From: Sulfolobus acidocaldarius DSM 639
GTDB taxonomy: Archaea > Thermoproteota > Thermoprotei_A > Sulfolobales > Sulfolobaceae
Length of the DNA: 32,000 nt
Direction: 5' to 3'
Assembly (NCBI RefSeq): GCF_000012285.1
Contig: NC_007181.1
Span: 1,590,001-1,622,000 of the forward strand
Below the pieces are notes generated by a model, which was not told the DNA's origin, did not search any database, and saw only the letters and a program-made list of their open reading frames with translations. Below are positions 8,347 to 17,932 of this stretch, piece by piece. The position numbers and the translations under genes are program-made. Positions within the stretch are counted from its first letter, which is position 1; the number at the start of each line of letters is the position of its first letter.

Positions 8347-8922
8347 ATGTTAGCGTATATATTTTGGCATGAAAAGGGAGAAGAGTTCGAAGAGGATGAA
8401 TATAACAAAGCCCTATTAGAGTTTCATACATATTATAACCGTGAAGTTAGAATCGAGGGTTATTTAGGCTCTATGGTAGTAAAGGTGTATAAGGTTCCAT
8501 GGTCTAATAATGACGCTTATGAAGATTGGTACTTCATTGAAAGCTCAAAGTCGCTGGATCTTTTAAATGATTCAATAACTAGTAATAAGGAAACAAAAGA
8601 GATACATGACAAGATTGCTAGGATGGCTAGAAATGGTAAGGGAGGACTTTATAAGCTTATTAACGGGGATCCTTTATCGCCTTCCTTTCCTCATGCAGTA
8701 TGGATATCTAAGCCCGTAGGAGTCTCATATGACGTTTTCTATACGGAGATTAAAGACATACAAGGTAATCTATGGAGAAAACAGCTAGCCATGGCACCTA
8801 TGAGCGAGTTTTGTATTTTTTCCAAAAAGGAAATAAGGGTGGACGAAAAATTCTCTCCCATTGTCCAAAAGAGAAATCTACTATATATCTCTGATGAGTT
8901 AAAGAAGAAAATAAATACTTAG
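8347..8922 (+). CDS. Hypothetical protein
   Basis: 191-aa soluble ORF, divergent from the 7685-8296 gene across a 50-bp gap. No motif recognised. Confidence 0.6.
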   Translation: MLAYIFWHEKGEEFEEDEYNKALLEFHTYYNREVRIEGYLGSMVVKVYKVPWSNNDAYEDWYFIESSKSLDLLNDSITSNKETKEIHDKIARMARNGKGGLYKLINGDPLSPSFPHAVWISKPVGVSYDVFYTEIKDIQGNLWRKQLAMAPMSEFCIFSKKEIRVDEKFSPIVQKRNLLYISDELKKKINT

Positions 8923-8964
8923 TGGAGTATTCTCTTCTCCTTTTTTAACAACGTTTAGCCTTTA

Positions 8965-9327
8965 TTATGATACGACAATTTGATATCCTTTATCCACAAG
9001 ATCTGTTAACGCATAGTGGTGGTCTTCGTCTCCTATCAGCTTTATGGTGTTAGGTAACTTATCCCTTATGTTTAAGTGTGGTGGAGAGGCACAGTATCCA
9101 CATGCACCTAGAATTAAACCCTCCTTCATCGCCTTCTCGTAAGCAGGCTTTAAGCCTTTATATGGACTTTCAGTTATTGGTATTTTAGTACCTAGTCCGT
9201 CGAAATAGACGTAGACATCGTTTCCCTTTTCTTTTAGTTCCACTGCATAATGAAGAACATGTGCTGCCTTAATTGAATCTGCTAGGTTTGTAGGGTCATT
9301 CATTACGACAAATAAGATCTTAGCCAT
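8965..9327 (-). CDS. DsrE/DsrF-like sulfur-relay family protein
   Basis: 120-aa ORF. The N-terminal KILFVVMNDP beta-strand start, the FDGLGTKI segment and the Cys-containing loop GACGYCA are typical of the small DsrE-fold proteins. Confidence 0.7.
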   Translation of the reverse strand: MAKILFVVMNDPTNLADSIKAAHVLHYAVELKEKGNDVYVYFDGLGTKIPITESPYKGLKPAYEKAMKEGLILGACGYCASPPHLNIRDKLPNTIKLIGDEDHHYALTDLVDKGYQIVVS

Positions 9328-9695
9328 AAATTTCTCGTGGTCTTCATGTTTTATAAAATTTTGCCTAAATTTATAAACTATTTAATCCATCGACATTTTA
9401 ACACACACTTATAGTTCCACTACTTTCCTAATAAGCTGAGAATCCTTTAGTTTTGGGAGTGTCGACATCATTAAGTCTGAGCTGTTTTCAGATCTCCATG
9501 AGTCTAGTTGACCTCATGGTCTCAGACTCTCGTTTTATATGATTAGTCGATATATCCCCTTTAATAAATTTTAATCATAGAATTAACACGTTTATATAAA
9601 TTATAAATTTTGCAATCACAATATTCGTCTGTTTATATTATTTACAATCCATAATATTAAAAATTCTTATAAGCCTAAATAAAGTATATAGTGTT

Positions 9696-10976
9696 ATGAA
9701 AGATGAAACAAGGGCGTCCATAGCGGCGTCCATTGGCATAGCATTTGAATTCTATGATTTTTTAATATTCGGATTCATTAGCGGCATCTTGGCAAAGCTT
9801 TTCTTTCCATCAACTAACTCATTAGTATCTCTTTTGGATACTCTTGCAGTATTCGCAACAGGATTTGCAGGAAGACCAATTGGTGCGATTATCTTTGGGC
9901 ATCTTGGTGACAAGATCGGGAGAAAGTATACGTTGATACTTACAATGACATTAATGGGGCTCTCGTCATTGTTCACAGGACTCCTCCCCGGGTATGCCTC
10001 TATAGGCATATTAGCTCCTCTACTCTTAACCACGTTGAGGATATTACAGGGAGTTTCTTTAGGTGGAGAATTTGGTGGAGGTATCACACTTTCAGCAGAG
10101 TTTGCTGAGCCATCGAAGAGAGCTTTTTATGTAGGTATTGCTCAAATGGCTCAAGGTACTGGTCCACTGTTAGCTACGGGACTGATTTTCTTGTTCAGCT
10201 CATTTATGTCAACTCAAGAGTACAATTCCATAGGATGGAGAATATTATTCGTGATAGGAGCATTAATAGCAGTTATAGGAGTGATAATAAGGCTTAAGAT
10301 ATCAGAGTCCCCTGTTTTTAAGAAGGTCAGAGAGACAGGTAAGATATCTAAAATACCCTTGGCAGAAGCATTTAGACACCACTGGAAAAAGATACTTCTG
10401 GGACTAGGTTTCATAGTGGGAGGAACTACAATGACTTATGCAACAGGAGTTTTCGCCTCCAGTTACTTAGAGAATGTTATCGGAGTACCTACCAAAGAGG
10501 TGTCACTAATACTGGTCATAGGTTACATAATTCAAACTATAGCCATATTCCTGTTCGGTTATCTGGCTGACAGGATAGGGAGAAAACCATTGATGATAAC
10601 TACCGCTGCAGGTTTAGTGATTTTCGTTTATCCGTACTTTTACCTATTATCTACAGGTGCATTTTCCAACATACTCCTAGCCCAATTAATCTACTCTATA
10701 GTTGGCTCAGCTAGTACAGCAGCTTATGCGACAGCCCTTACAGAGATGTTCCCGACGTCGGTGAGGTATACTGCTCTCTCATTTGACTATCATGTTGGAG
10801 TTGCAGTATTTGGTGGTACAACACCATTTATAGCCACTTACCTAATTTATGCAACGGGTTACAAACTTGCCCCAGTATATTGGGGAATAGCAGGGATGAT
10901 AGTCACATTAATAGCTTATATACTGTACAAAGAAACATTAGGAACAATGTTTGAGGGTCAACAGAAGGTGAGCTAA
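9696..10976 (+). CDS. MFS transporter, metabolite:H+ symporter (MHS)-like
   Basis: 426-aa ORF with 12 hydrophobic helices. Loop motifs GHLGDKIGRK (TM2-3) and GYLADRIGRKP (TM8-9) are characteristic of MFS/MHS. Confidence 0.85.
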   Translation: MKDETRASIAASIGIAFEFYDFLIFGFISGILAKLFFPSTNSLVSLLDTLAVFATGFAGRPIGAIIFGHLGDKIGRKYTLILTMTLMGLSSLFTGLLPGYASIGILAPLLLTTLRILQGVSLGGEFGGGITLSAEFAEPSKRAFYVGIAQMAQGTGPLLATGLIFLFSSFMSTQEYNSIGWRILFVIGALIAVIGVIIRLKISESPVFKKVRETGKISKIPLAEAFRHHWKKILLGLGFIVGGTTMTYATGVFASSYLENVIGVPTKEVSLILVIGYIIQTIAIFLFGYLADRIGRKPLMITTAAGLVIFVYPYFYLLSTGAFSNILLAQLIYSIVGSASTAAYATALTEMFPTSVRYTALSFDYHVGVAVFGGTTPFIATYLIYATGYKLAPVYWGIAGMIVTLIAYILYKETLGTMFEGQQKVS

Positions 10977-12209
10977 ATGGATATCTTAATCAAGGGAGGA
11001 GAGTTATTTAACGGAAAGGATTTTGTAGGAAAAGCTAACGTATACATCAAATATGGTAAAGTAGTAGAGGTATCAAAGGAAGTGAAAGAGGCAAAGGAGG
11101 AAATTGATGCCAGAGACATGTTCGTATTGCCCGGATTAATTGATGCTCATATCCATTTATCGGGAATTAAAGGAGGTAGTCTGTTGAAGACAATGTTTGA
11201 AAGACCTGAATATAGGGTACTTAGGGCGTCAAAATGGCTTGAGAGATTACTGTTGGCAGGCTTTACTACGGTCAGGGACTGTGGGGAATATGTCTCTCTT
11301 GCTCTCAAAAGAGCGGTCCAGGAAGGGATCATCAGGGGTCCAAATATTATAGCTGCAGGTAGACCAATTACACAGACCTTTGGACACGGTGAAATAAACC
11401 ACGATATTCCTCTTGAGTTCTCCCATAAGGTGGGTTTCTCCGAGTTCTGTGACGGTACAGAATCGTGTATACATGCAGCTAGGAAAGTCCTTAGGGACGG
11501 AAGTGACTTCATAAAGGTATTTGCAACTGGGGGTGTACTGTCTCAGAGGGATAAACCTGAAAATCCTCAATTAAGTTATGAGGAAATTAAAGCTATAGTA
11601 AACGAGGCTCATAAGGTCGGTACATATGTAGCTGCACATGCCCATGGTGATGCAGGAGCTAAAATTGCGGTAGAAGCGGGTGTGAAAACTATTGAGCACG
11701 GTACCTTACTTAAAGACGATACATTGAAGCTGATGGTAAATAGGGGAGTCAGCCTTACCCCTACCCTAACAATTCAAGAAGTCATTTACAGATATGGGAA
11801 ACAGATCGGTGTAGATGAATGGGGGTTACAGAAGATTTTTGAAGTGAGGGAAAGGGTTGCCGATGTGGTTAAAAAAGCAAAGGAGTACGGAGTGCTGATG
11901 ATCAGCGGTACTGATCTTGGCTTTGAAACAGGTTTAGGGGATATTGATATGGGGAAAAATTGGTATGAATTGGTTCTGCTAGTGGAGAGGGGAGGTCTAA
12001 CGCCTAAAGAAGCCCTTATAACAGCTACATATAATAGTTCTTTAGCTCTAGGGATTAATGCAGGGTTTATTGATATTGGAAGGGATGGCGACCTAGTGGT
12101 TATAAATGGAAACCCCTTAGAAAACATTTATGATGTAACTAAAGTCACCCATGTATTAAAAGCTGGGAGAGTTGAAGTACGAAACGGTAAATTGGAGTCT
12201 AAAACTTAG
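10977..12209 (+). CDS. Metal-dependent amidohydrolase (COG1228, imidazolonepropionase/Xaa-Pro-dipeptidase-like group)
   Basis: 410-aa ORF whose ATG directly follows the MFS stop codon. It has the LPGLIDAHIHL HxH motif, FIKVFATGGV, AAHAHGD, IEHGT and SGTDLG metal and active-site blocks. Confidence 0.85.
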   Translation: MDILIKGGELFNGKDFVGKANVYIKYGKVVEVSKEVKEAKEEIDARDMFVLPGLIDAHIHLSGIKGGSLLKTMFERPEYRVLRASKWLERLLLAGFTTVRDCGEYVSLALKRAVQEGIIRGPNIIAAGRPITQTFGHGEINHDIPLEFSHKVGFSEFCDGTESCIHAARKVLRDGSDFIKVFATGGVLSQRDKPENPQLSYEEIKAIVNEAHKVGTYVAAHAHGDAGAKIAVEAGVKTIEHGTLLKDDTLKLMVNRGVSLTPTLTIQEVIYRYGKQIGVDEWGLQKIFEVRERVADVVKKAKEYGVLMISGTDLGFETGLGDIDMGKNWYELVLLVERGGLTPKEALITATYNSSLALGINAGFIDIGRDGDLVVINGNPLENIYDVTKVTHVLKAGRVEVRNGKLESKT

Positions 12210-12332
12210 AGGTTACATTGAAAGACAGGGGTGACCCTCTAGGTCAGGAGGTGGTCAGAACTAAGTTTTAAATCAATAATTTTTTTCCTTCGCTTTCAAA
12301 AAATTTTTATTATTCATTCATGACTTGTACAA

Positions 12333-13421
12333 ATGTATCCTGAGTTTTGTTTAGAGAGATGGCAATCTCTGAGGGACTGGAGAGCTAAGTATGTTTTGTC
12401 TGAAAGTGGAGTTGAGCCCTTGGACTTGAAGGACTTTGACTTGGTTGATATTAAACTAGAATATGGACATACTAAAGGAAAAATAAGGCTTAGAGAACTG
12501 ATCAGCAACATGTATTCTACTGCGAGTAGCGATAACGTGATCGTAACCAATGGTGGAGCAGAGGCTAACTACATTACAATTTTATCTCTAATTAAACCTG
12601 GTGATCACGTCTTAGTGGAGATGCCAAATTACATGCAGATACCTGGACTACTGAAGGGTTTAAACACTAAAATTGATTACTTTTGGCTTAAAGACGAAAA
12701 CGGTTTCAGAATTGACCTAGAGGAAATTAATGAAAAGGTGACTAAGGATACTAAGGCGATAGTTATAACTAACCCAAATAATCCTACAGGGATGGCTCTA
12801 TCAGACAGTGATATTAAGGCTATAGTTGAAATAGCAGAGGACAACAAAACTTGGATTATAGCAGACGAAGTTTATAGGGGGTCAGAGCACGACGGCAATG
12901 TAAGACCTAGCTTCGTTGATGTGTATGATAAGGCAATTAGTACGAACAGTATGTCGAAAGTTTATGGTCTGCCCGGTATAAGGATTGGATGGGTAGTGGG
13001 GAGTAGGGAGATAGTAGATAAGATGTGGAGTGTAAAAGATTATACCTCAATCTCACCCTCAGTAATAAGTCAGGAGATCGCTCTTCAAGTATTGATGAAT
13101 AGGGAAAAGCTTCAGGCAAGAAGCAGGGATATTGCCAATAAGAATATGAGACTGTTTGAAGAGTTGATGAGGAATGTTGATATGAAATGGGTAAGACCTA
13201 ATGCCACAGTGCTTGCCTTTCCGAAAACTCCCGTAAAGGACACCTATAAGTTCAGTGAGGAGTTATTTGAAAAATACAGTGTCTTAGTTAATCCTGGTGA
13301 GTGCTTTGAAATGCCTGGGTATTTGAGGATAGGTTTAGGGTCCAAGAACGCTGAATATTTAAGGGAGGCTCTCACGTTACTCATAAAATATCTGGAAGAA
13401 TATGTAAAGAAAGGGACTTAG
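12333..13421 (+). CDS. Class I/II PLP-dependent aminotransferase
   Basis: 362-aa ORF with NPNNPTG, ADEVYRG and the SMSKVYGLPGIRIGW block carrying the Schiff-base Lys. Confidence 0.85.
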   Translation: MYPEFCLERWQSLRDWRAKYVLSESGVEPLDLKDFDLVDIKLEYGHTKGKIRLRELISNMYSTASSDNVIVTNGGAEANYITILSLIKPGDHVLVEMPNYMQIPGLLKGLNTKIDYFWLKDENGFRIDLEEINEKVTKDTKAIVITNPNNPTGMALSDSDIKAIVEIAEDNKTWIIADEVYRGSEHDGNVRPSFVDVYDKAISTNSMSKVYGLPGIRIGWVVGSREIVDKMWSVKDYTSISPSVISQEIALQVLMNREKLQARSRDIANKNMRLFEELMRNVDMKWVRPNATVLAFPKTPVKDTYKFSEELFEKYSVLVNPGECFEMPGYLRIGLGSKNAEYLREALTLLIKYLEEYVKKGT

Positions 13422-13569
13422 GCATAGAAAAACTAAGAGAATTATAAAGTACAACTTCATAGCCTCACAGGAAAAAATCTTACTATATTATTTCTTTATC
13501 GTCAAAAACCTCTTTTCATTTTATGGTTAAGGTTTGTTTTTAATTACTCGACAACTTAAAAAAGAAGGG

Positions 13570-15627
13570 TCACTCTACCACTAACCAGGGATCAATGGGA
13601 GTAGTATTGTACTTCCTTTTTGTAGCTTTTTCAAATGCTATGAATACAGCGGGTAAGGCTCCGGTAGTCCCAGCTTCTCCCACTCCTCTGCTTCCAGATA
13701 ACAATGTAGAGGGATGTTCAACATAATCCTCATGTATTCTTAATGGCGACTCCATGGCAGTGGGGACACCACAATCAGCTATTGAAGAACATAAAGGTAT
13801 TCCCCTTTCATCATACCTCATCGCCTCCATCAAAACCTGAGATACGCCTTGTAACATTCCTCCGACTATCTGTCCTTCAATCTCCTCTTTGTTTAGTACT
13901 CTACCAACATCGTCAACTGCGTAATAATCAATCACTTTAGCAAATCCTGTCTCCTTATCCACATCAACGACTGCAACATGAGCACCTGGAGCAAAGATAT
14001 CGTCAGCCCTATAAAACACCTCAACTCCTATTCCCTCAAACTTCGACAAGTCCATTGACTTTAGGGAACTTACGTTCAATTTCTTCAATAATTCTTTCCC
14101 TGCAGCGATAACTGCAGAGCCTCCTATCGTGCCTGCTCTAGATCCAAAACTTCCTATTCCCTCTTTTACTGTGTCAGTATTACCGGTTATTATCTCAATA
14201 TTTTCCTCGCTTATGCCCAATGTCTCAGAGGCAAGTTTCTTAAAGGTCGTACTGTAAGCTTGACCATGTGGACCTAAACCTAAATAGAAATGAACTTTAC
14301 CATCCTTTACCTCGACTCTAGCCCCTTCGCCTGGTGAGGTCCTCACTATTTCTGTGAAGATAACTAACGATACTCCCTTATCCTTGTGCACCTCCTTAGC
14401 CTTTCTGTAATATACCTCAGCCCTACTTAAAACGTCCTGATATCCAGCTGGATCCAACTTAGCACCAAGAGGAGTTATATACCCCGTATTGTCAACTAGA
14501 TTTTTACGTCTTAGTTCGATAGGGTCAATACCAAGTTCTTCAGCGAGATCCTCTACTAACGTTTCGTGAATTAATGCTGCTTCAGGTCTCCCTGCACCCC
14601 TATAAAATCCCATGGGTGGTGTATTAGTGAAGACTGATATGGCTCTAATTGAGGTGAATTTTAGCTTGTAAGGACCATTGGAAAGGCTTGCTACAAACAA
14701 TGGAGTAAAGAAATTTATGCCGTGATTGTAAGCTCCAATATTTGCTATTACTGTCCCCTCAATACCCAATATTTCACCTTTATTTGTTGCATAGAGCTTC
14801 ATATCAGATACCTCACCCCTTCCTAGGGACTGCGTGTTCACTAAAATTTCACTCCTGGTCTCTATCCACTTCACAGGTCTACCTAGTTTAAGTGATGCAA
14901 TTGAAGCAAGGACGTACTCTGGATACCCTCCGCTTTTATTCCCAAATCCTCCGCCCACATTAGGAGGTGAGTAAACTTTAATTTTCTCAGGGGGTATTCC
15001 TAGAGCCTCCCGTAAATCATTTCTAACTCCAAAAGGAGCTTGTGTAGAGACGTACACATTAAGTACATCATTGTCCCACCAACAGATAAATCCCTTCGGC
15101 TCCATTGGATTTGAGACAATTCTGTGTTGTTTTATCTTTCTAGAGACTACGACATCAGCACTACTCTTCAGAGATAAGTTGCCCCCTTGTAAGACCTGAT
15201 CTATGGATATATTGTTCTTCAGATCGTCATGGATAGGTTCACTGTTCAACGCTTCTTCAGGGTCAACTATAGGCTTCATCTCCTCATAATCGATAGACAC
15301 TTCCTCAGCTACGTCCTCAGCCTTATATCTGTCATCTACAACAAAGGCTAAAACAGGTTGCCCAACGAAATTGACTTTACCGTTAGCTAGTACAGGCATT
15401 CTGGCAACTTGTGCTCCAGCTAATCCTGGGAACAGTCTAGCTGACATAAACGACTTTATATCGTCCCAAGTAAGAGCTAAGAGAACATTTGAGGGTTTTG
15501 ACACGCTCTTTATAACCCCTCTAGCTATAGAGGATCTGACCACGTGGAGATATACAACGTTTTTAGGGGATATATCATCTATGTATGTGGATTTTCCCGT
15601 AATTATGGGGAAGTGTTCTTTGATCAT
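13570..15627 (-). CDS. Molybdopterin-binding large subunit of a xanthine dehydrogenase/aldehyde oxidoreductase (CoxL/CutA-type) enzyme
   Basis: 685-aa ORF with NVGGGFGNK, FYRGAGRPEA, GSFGSRAG and SRGVGEAG blocks typical of the family. I did not see a CODH-type active-site loop. No small or medium subunit genes are adjacent. Confidence 0.85.
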   Translation of the reverse strand: MIKEHFPIITGKSTYIDDISPKNVVYLHVVRSSIARGVIKSVSKPSNVLLALTWDDIKSFMSARLFPGLAGAQVARMPVLANGKVNFVGQPVLAFVVDDRYKAEDVAEEVSIDYEEMKPIVDPEEALNSEPIHDDLKNNISIDQVLQGGNLSLKSSADVVVSRKIKQHRIVSNPMEPKGFICWWDNDVLNVYVSTQAPFGVRNDLREALGIPPEKIKVYSPPNVGGGFGNKSGGYPEYVLASIASLKLGRPVKWIETRSEILVNTQSLGRGEVSDMKLYATNKGEILGIEGTVIANIGAYNHGINFFTPLFVASLSNGPYKLKFTSIRAISVFTNTPPMGFYRGAGRPEAALIHETLVEDLAEELGIDPIELRRKNLVDNTGYITPLGAKLDPAGYQDVLSRAEVYYRKAKEVHKDKGVSLVIFTEIVRTSPGEGARVEVKDGKVHFYLGLGPHGQAYSTTFKKLASETLGISEENIEIITGNTDTVKEGIGSFGSRAGTIGGSAVIAAGKELLKKLNVSSLKSMDLSKFEGIGVEVFYRADDIFAPGAHVAVVDVDKETGFAKVIDYYAVDDVGRVLNKEEIEGQIVGGMLQGVSQVLMEAMRYDERGIPLCSSIADCGVPTAMESPLRIHEDYVEHPSTLLSGSRGVGEAGTTGALPAVFIAFEKATKRKYNTTPIDPWLVVE

Positions 15628-15916
15628 AAAAGATTGTTCGATACCGACCTAATAAAGTCAATTAACACTTAACGCCTAACGTAACGGCGAATTATGGGAT
15701 CTTATTGAAGAAACCTAAACAACTTAATCCGTCGAGATTCATCTAGAGTTTCTTTTAGAGATAAACTCAAGACCGATATGAGAGATGACTAAAATCAAAC
15801 CCCTCGAAATCATATTCAAAACCCATAATTAGTCAGTTCTCTTCTTTCGATCACTGACAATCCTGTTATACGAAAATATTATAATTATATATGTTTGTTA
15901 TTCCATCTAAAAGACA

Positions 15917-17575
15917 ATGAACTCAATTCAGATATATCTTATCCTAGCAACATTCCTAGTCTCAATAGGTTTGCTGATAAGCAAGAGAATTAGATTTGAT
16001 ATAGTAGGAATAGTATCGTTAGTTGTCCTCATCCTAATAGGGGGGATTTCGGTTAATCAAGCCTTAATAAACCTTGCTAATCCAGCTGTGGTAGTCTTAG
16101 GTAGCCTGATGATAATAAGTAAAACTCTGGAGAAGTCAGGCTTTTTAGAGAGTTTTGGAGAGCTTATCTCATCTAGGTTAAAAAACAAGTACGTAATATT
16201 TGCGACCCTTTTAGCCATTACTGCTCTCTCATCAGGTTTCATGAGTGATGTTGCCCTTACTGCAGTCCTTATCCCTGTATTCTTCTATGTGTCCAAGAGA
16301 TTTAATGATAGTCCATCTAAATATCTTATACCATTGTCTTTTACAGCTATCTTAGGCGGGAGATACACCATTATAGGTACGACACCAAATTTAATATTGG
16401 ACCAATTATGGTTTGAAAAAGAGGGGAAATTCCTTTCTTTATTTCAGTTTGCGCCAATCGGGCTCAGCGTGGTTGCGGTAGGTCTTTTGGCAATGATCGT
16501 AATTGTGCGTGTTTTACCATCAAACTTAACTAGGGCGGGAAATGTTGAGGATTTCAAGATTTCCAACTACTTAGTGGAAGCTAAAGTGGAAGACGGCGAG
16601 TTAATTGGAAAGTCAGTCAAGTATTTGGAGAAACTGGGGGTGAAGATACTAGATATTTATCCGAGAAGGATAAGTTTTGGTCCAAGAACAATACTAAAGG
16701 GAGACCTGTTATTGTTACAGGTAAGCCCGGATAAGTTATCTGTTCTTACGTCCATACAAGGACTCAAACTTGCACCCTCGTCTGAGGAGGTCAAAGGAGA
16801 AGACCTGTATGAACTCTTGATCCCTTCAGGATCAGAAGCAGTTGGGAAGACATTAGCTGACCTAGAACTTGATTTCGTTTACGGAGTTAGAGTTCTTGGA
16901 ATATCGGGAAAGTTCATTAGAGGGAAGTTAAGCAGGATAACTCTAACCCCAGGAGTTATCTTATTAGTTCAGGGAAAGGAGGAGAGCATAACGAAAATGA
17001 TGAATAATTTAGGTCTGGTTCCCCTGTATAAGAGGACTGTTAAAATATTTAATGTGAAAAGAGGAGTACTCGCTTTGTCTTCACTAGGTCTATCGATAGC
17101 ACTATCGTTGCTAGGAATTAATATAGCAGAGGCATTTTTGATAGGGTTGATCCCTGTTGCAGTAATGGAGTACAGAGAGATTTACAGAAACATAGAGTGG
17201 ACAATACTTGTTTTTGTAGGCACTTATATTTCCATGGGTGACGCACTAGCATCAACTGGATTATTAACACACATACCATTTATAGGGAACCCAATAGTAT
17301 TATTCTTCATAACAGCCTTATTGGCTAACTTTGTTAGTAACACCGCAGCAGCAGTTATTTTAGGACCAGTTGCACTGACTATGAATAATCCGTTATTAGC
17401 TTTAACAATTGTAGCCATGGGAAGTTCATGCACATTTATAACTCCGTTCAGTCATCAAGCTAATCTTCTGGTTAGTGAGGCTGGAGGCTATAGAGTAAGG
17501 GACTTTCTGATGGCAGGTTCTATAATGCTGATCGTTGTAGGACTGGTCACGTTACTATTTCTGGGCGAAATTTGA
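15917..17575 (+). CDS. DASS/SLC13-type anion permease with two central TrkA-C (RCK_C) domains
   Basis: 552-aa ORF. Hydrophobic N- and C-halves flank a ~200-aa soluble insert with two repeats (..VKILDIYPRR..GDLLLLQV.. and ..VRVLGISGK..GVILLVQGKEE..). Confidence 0.8.
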   Translation: MNSIQIYLILATFLVSIGLLISKRIRFDIVGIVSLVVLILIGGISVNQALINLANPAVVVLGSLMIISKTLEKSGFLESFGELISSRLKNKYVIFATLLAITALSSGFMSDVALTAVLIPVFFYVSKRFNDSPSKYLIPLSFTAILGGRYTIIGTTPNLILDQLWFEKEGKFLSLFQFAPIGLSVVAVGLLAMIVIVRVLPSNLTRAGNVEDFKISNYLVEAKVEDGELIGKSVKYLEKLGVKILDIYPRRISFGPRTILKGDLLLLQVSPDKLSVLTSIQGLKLAPSSEEVKGEDLYELLIPSGSEAVGKTLADLELDFVYGVRVLGISGKFIRGKLSRITLTPGVILLVQGKEESITKMMNNLGLVPLYKRTVKIFNVKRGVLALSSLGLSIALSLLGINIAEAFLIGLIPVAVMEYREIYRNIEWTILVFVGTYISMGDALASTGLLTHIPFIGNPIVLFFITALLANFVSNTAAAVILGPVALTMNNPLLALTIVAMGSSCTFITPFSHQANLLVSEAGGYRVRDFLMAGSIMLIVVGLVTLLFLGEI

Positions 17576-17687
17576 GTTTAGCCATACATAGTTGTTATAA
17601 ACGAGATTAGGCTAGAAACTTGAACTTATAGGTTTTCCGCTTAGCATGTATATGTTAAAAATGCAAAACACAATGACCTCCTCTTTG

Positions 17688-17705
17688 CCCTATAGGGCGA
17701 GGCTT
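17688..17705 (+). repeat. Recurrent intergenic motif, copy b (CCCTATAGGGCGAGGCTT)
   Basis: Matches copy c with one mismatch and one extra G. It is embedded in the perfect 12-nt palindrome gccctatagggc (17687-17698) and followed by the hairpin cttga-tttcg-tcaag (17708-17722). Lies in a 357-bp non-coding gap. Confidence 0.5.
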
Positions 17706-17902
17706 GTCTTGATTTCGTCAAGGAGAGCAACAAACAACGTGATTCAAGAGTAAATTATGTGGAATGGCTTCTAGTTCTAAATCGTGGATTCTAGTTAACT
17801 CTTTAGACATTTTTATATCTTGGAACAAAAAATACAATGTAAGTTTTTTCCCATATACTTTAATTCAATCCCCAGGAATAAATACCGCAAGAAAACATAA
17901 GG

Positions 17903-17912
17903 ATTAATATTT
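17903..17912 (+). promoter_or_regulatory. TATA-box-like element for the 17933 gene
   Basis: attaatattt centred ~25 nt upstream of ATG 17933. Confidence 0.35.
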
Positions 17913-17932
17913 ACCTTACGTAACTTTATACA

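Noticed and set aside
9474-9528. Nested inverted repeats in the 368-bp divergent intergenic region (agtctgag/ctcagact enclosing ccatgag/ctcatgg)
   Set aside because: It is a plausible ~55-nt stem-loop or operator, but stems of 7-8 bp at this spacing are expected many times by chance in AT-rich DNA, and I have no conservation or transcript evidence. Worth a glance only if RNA-seq shows a signal.
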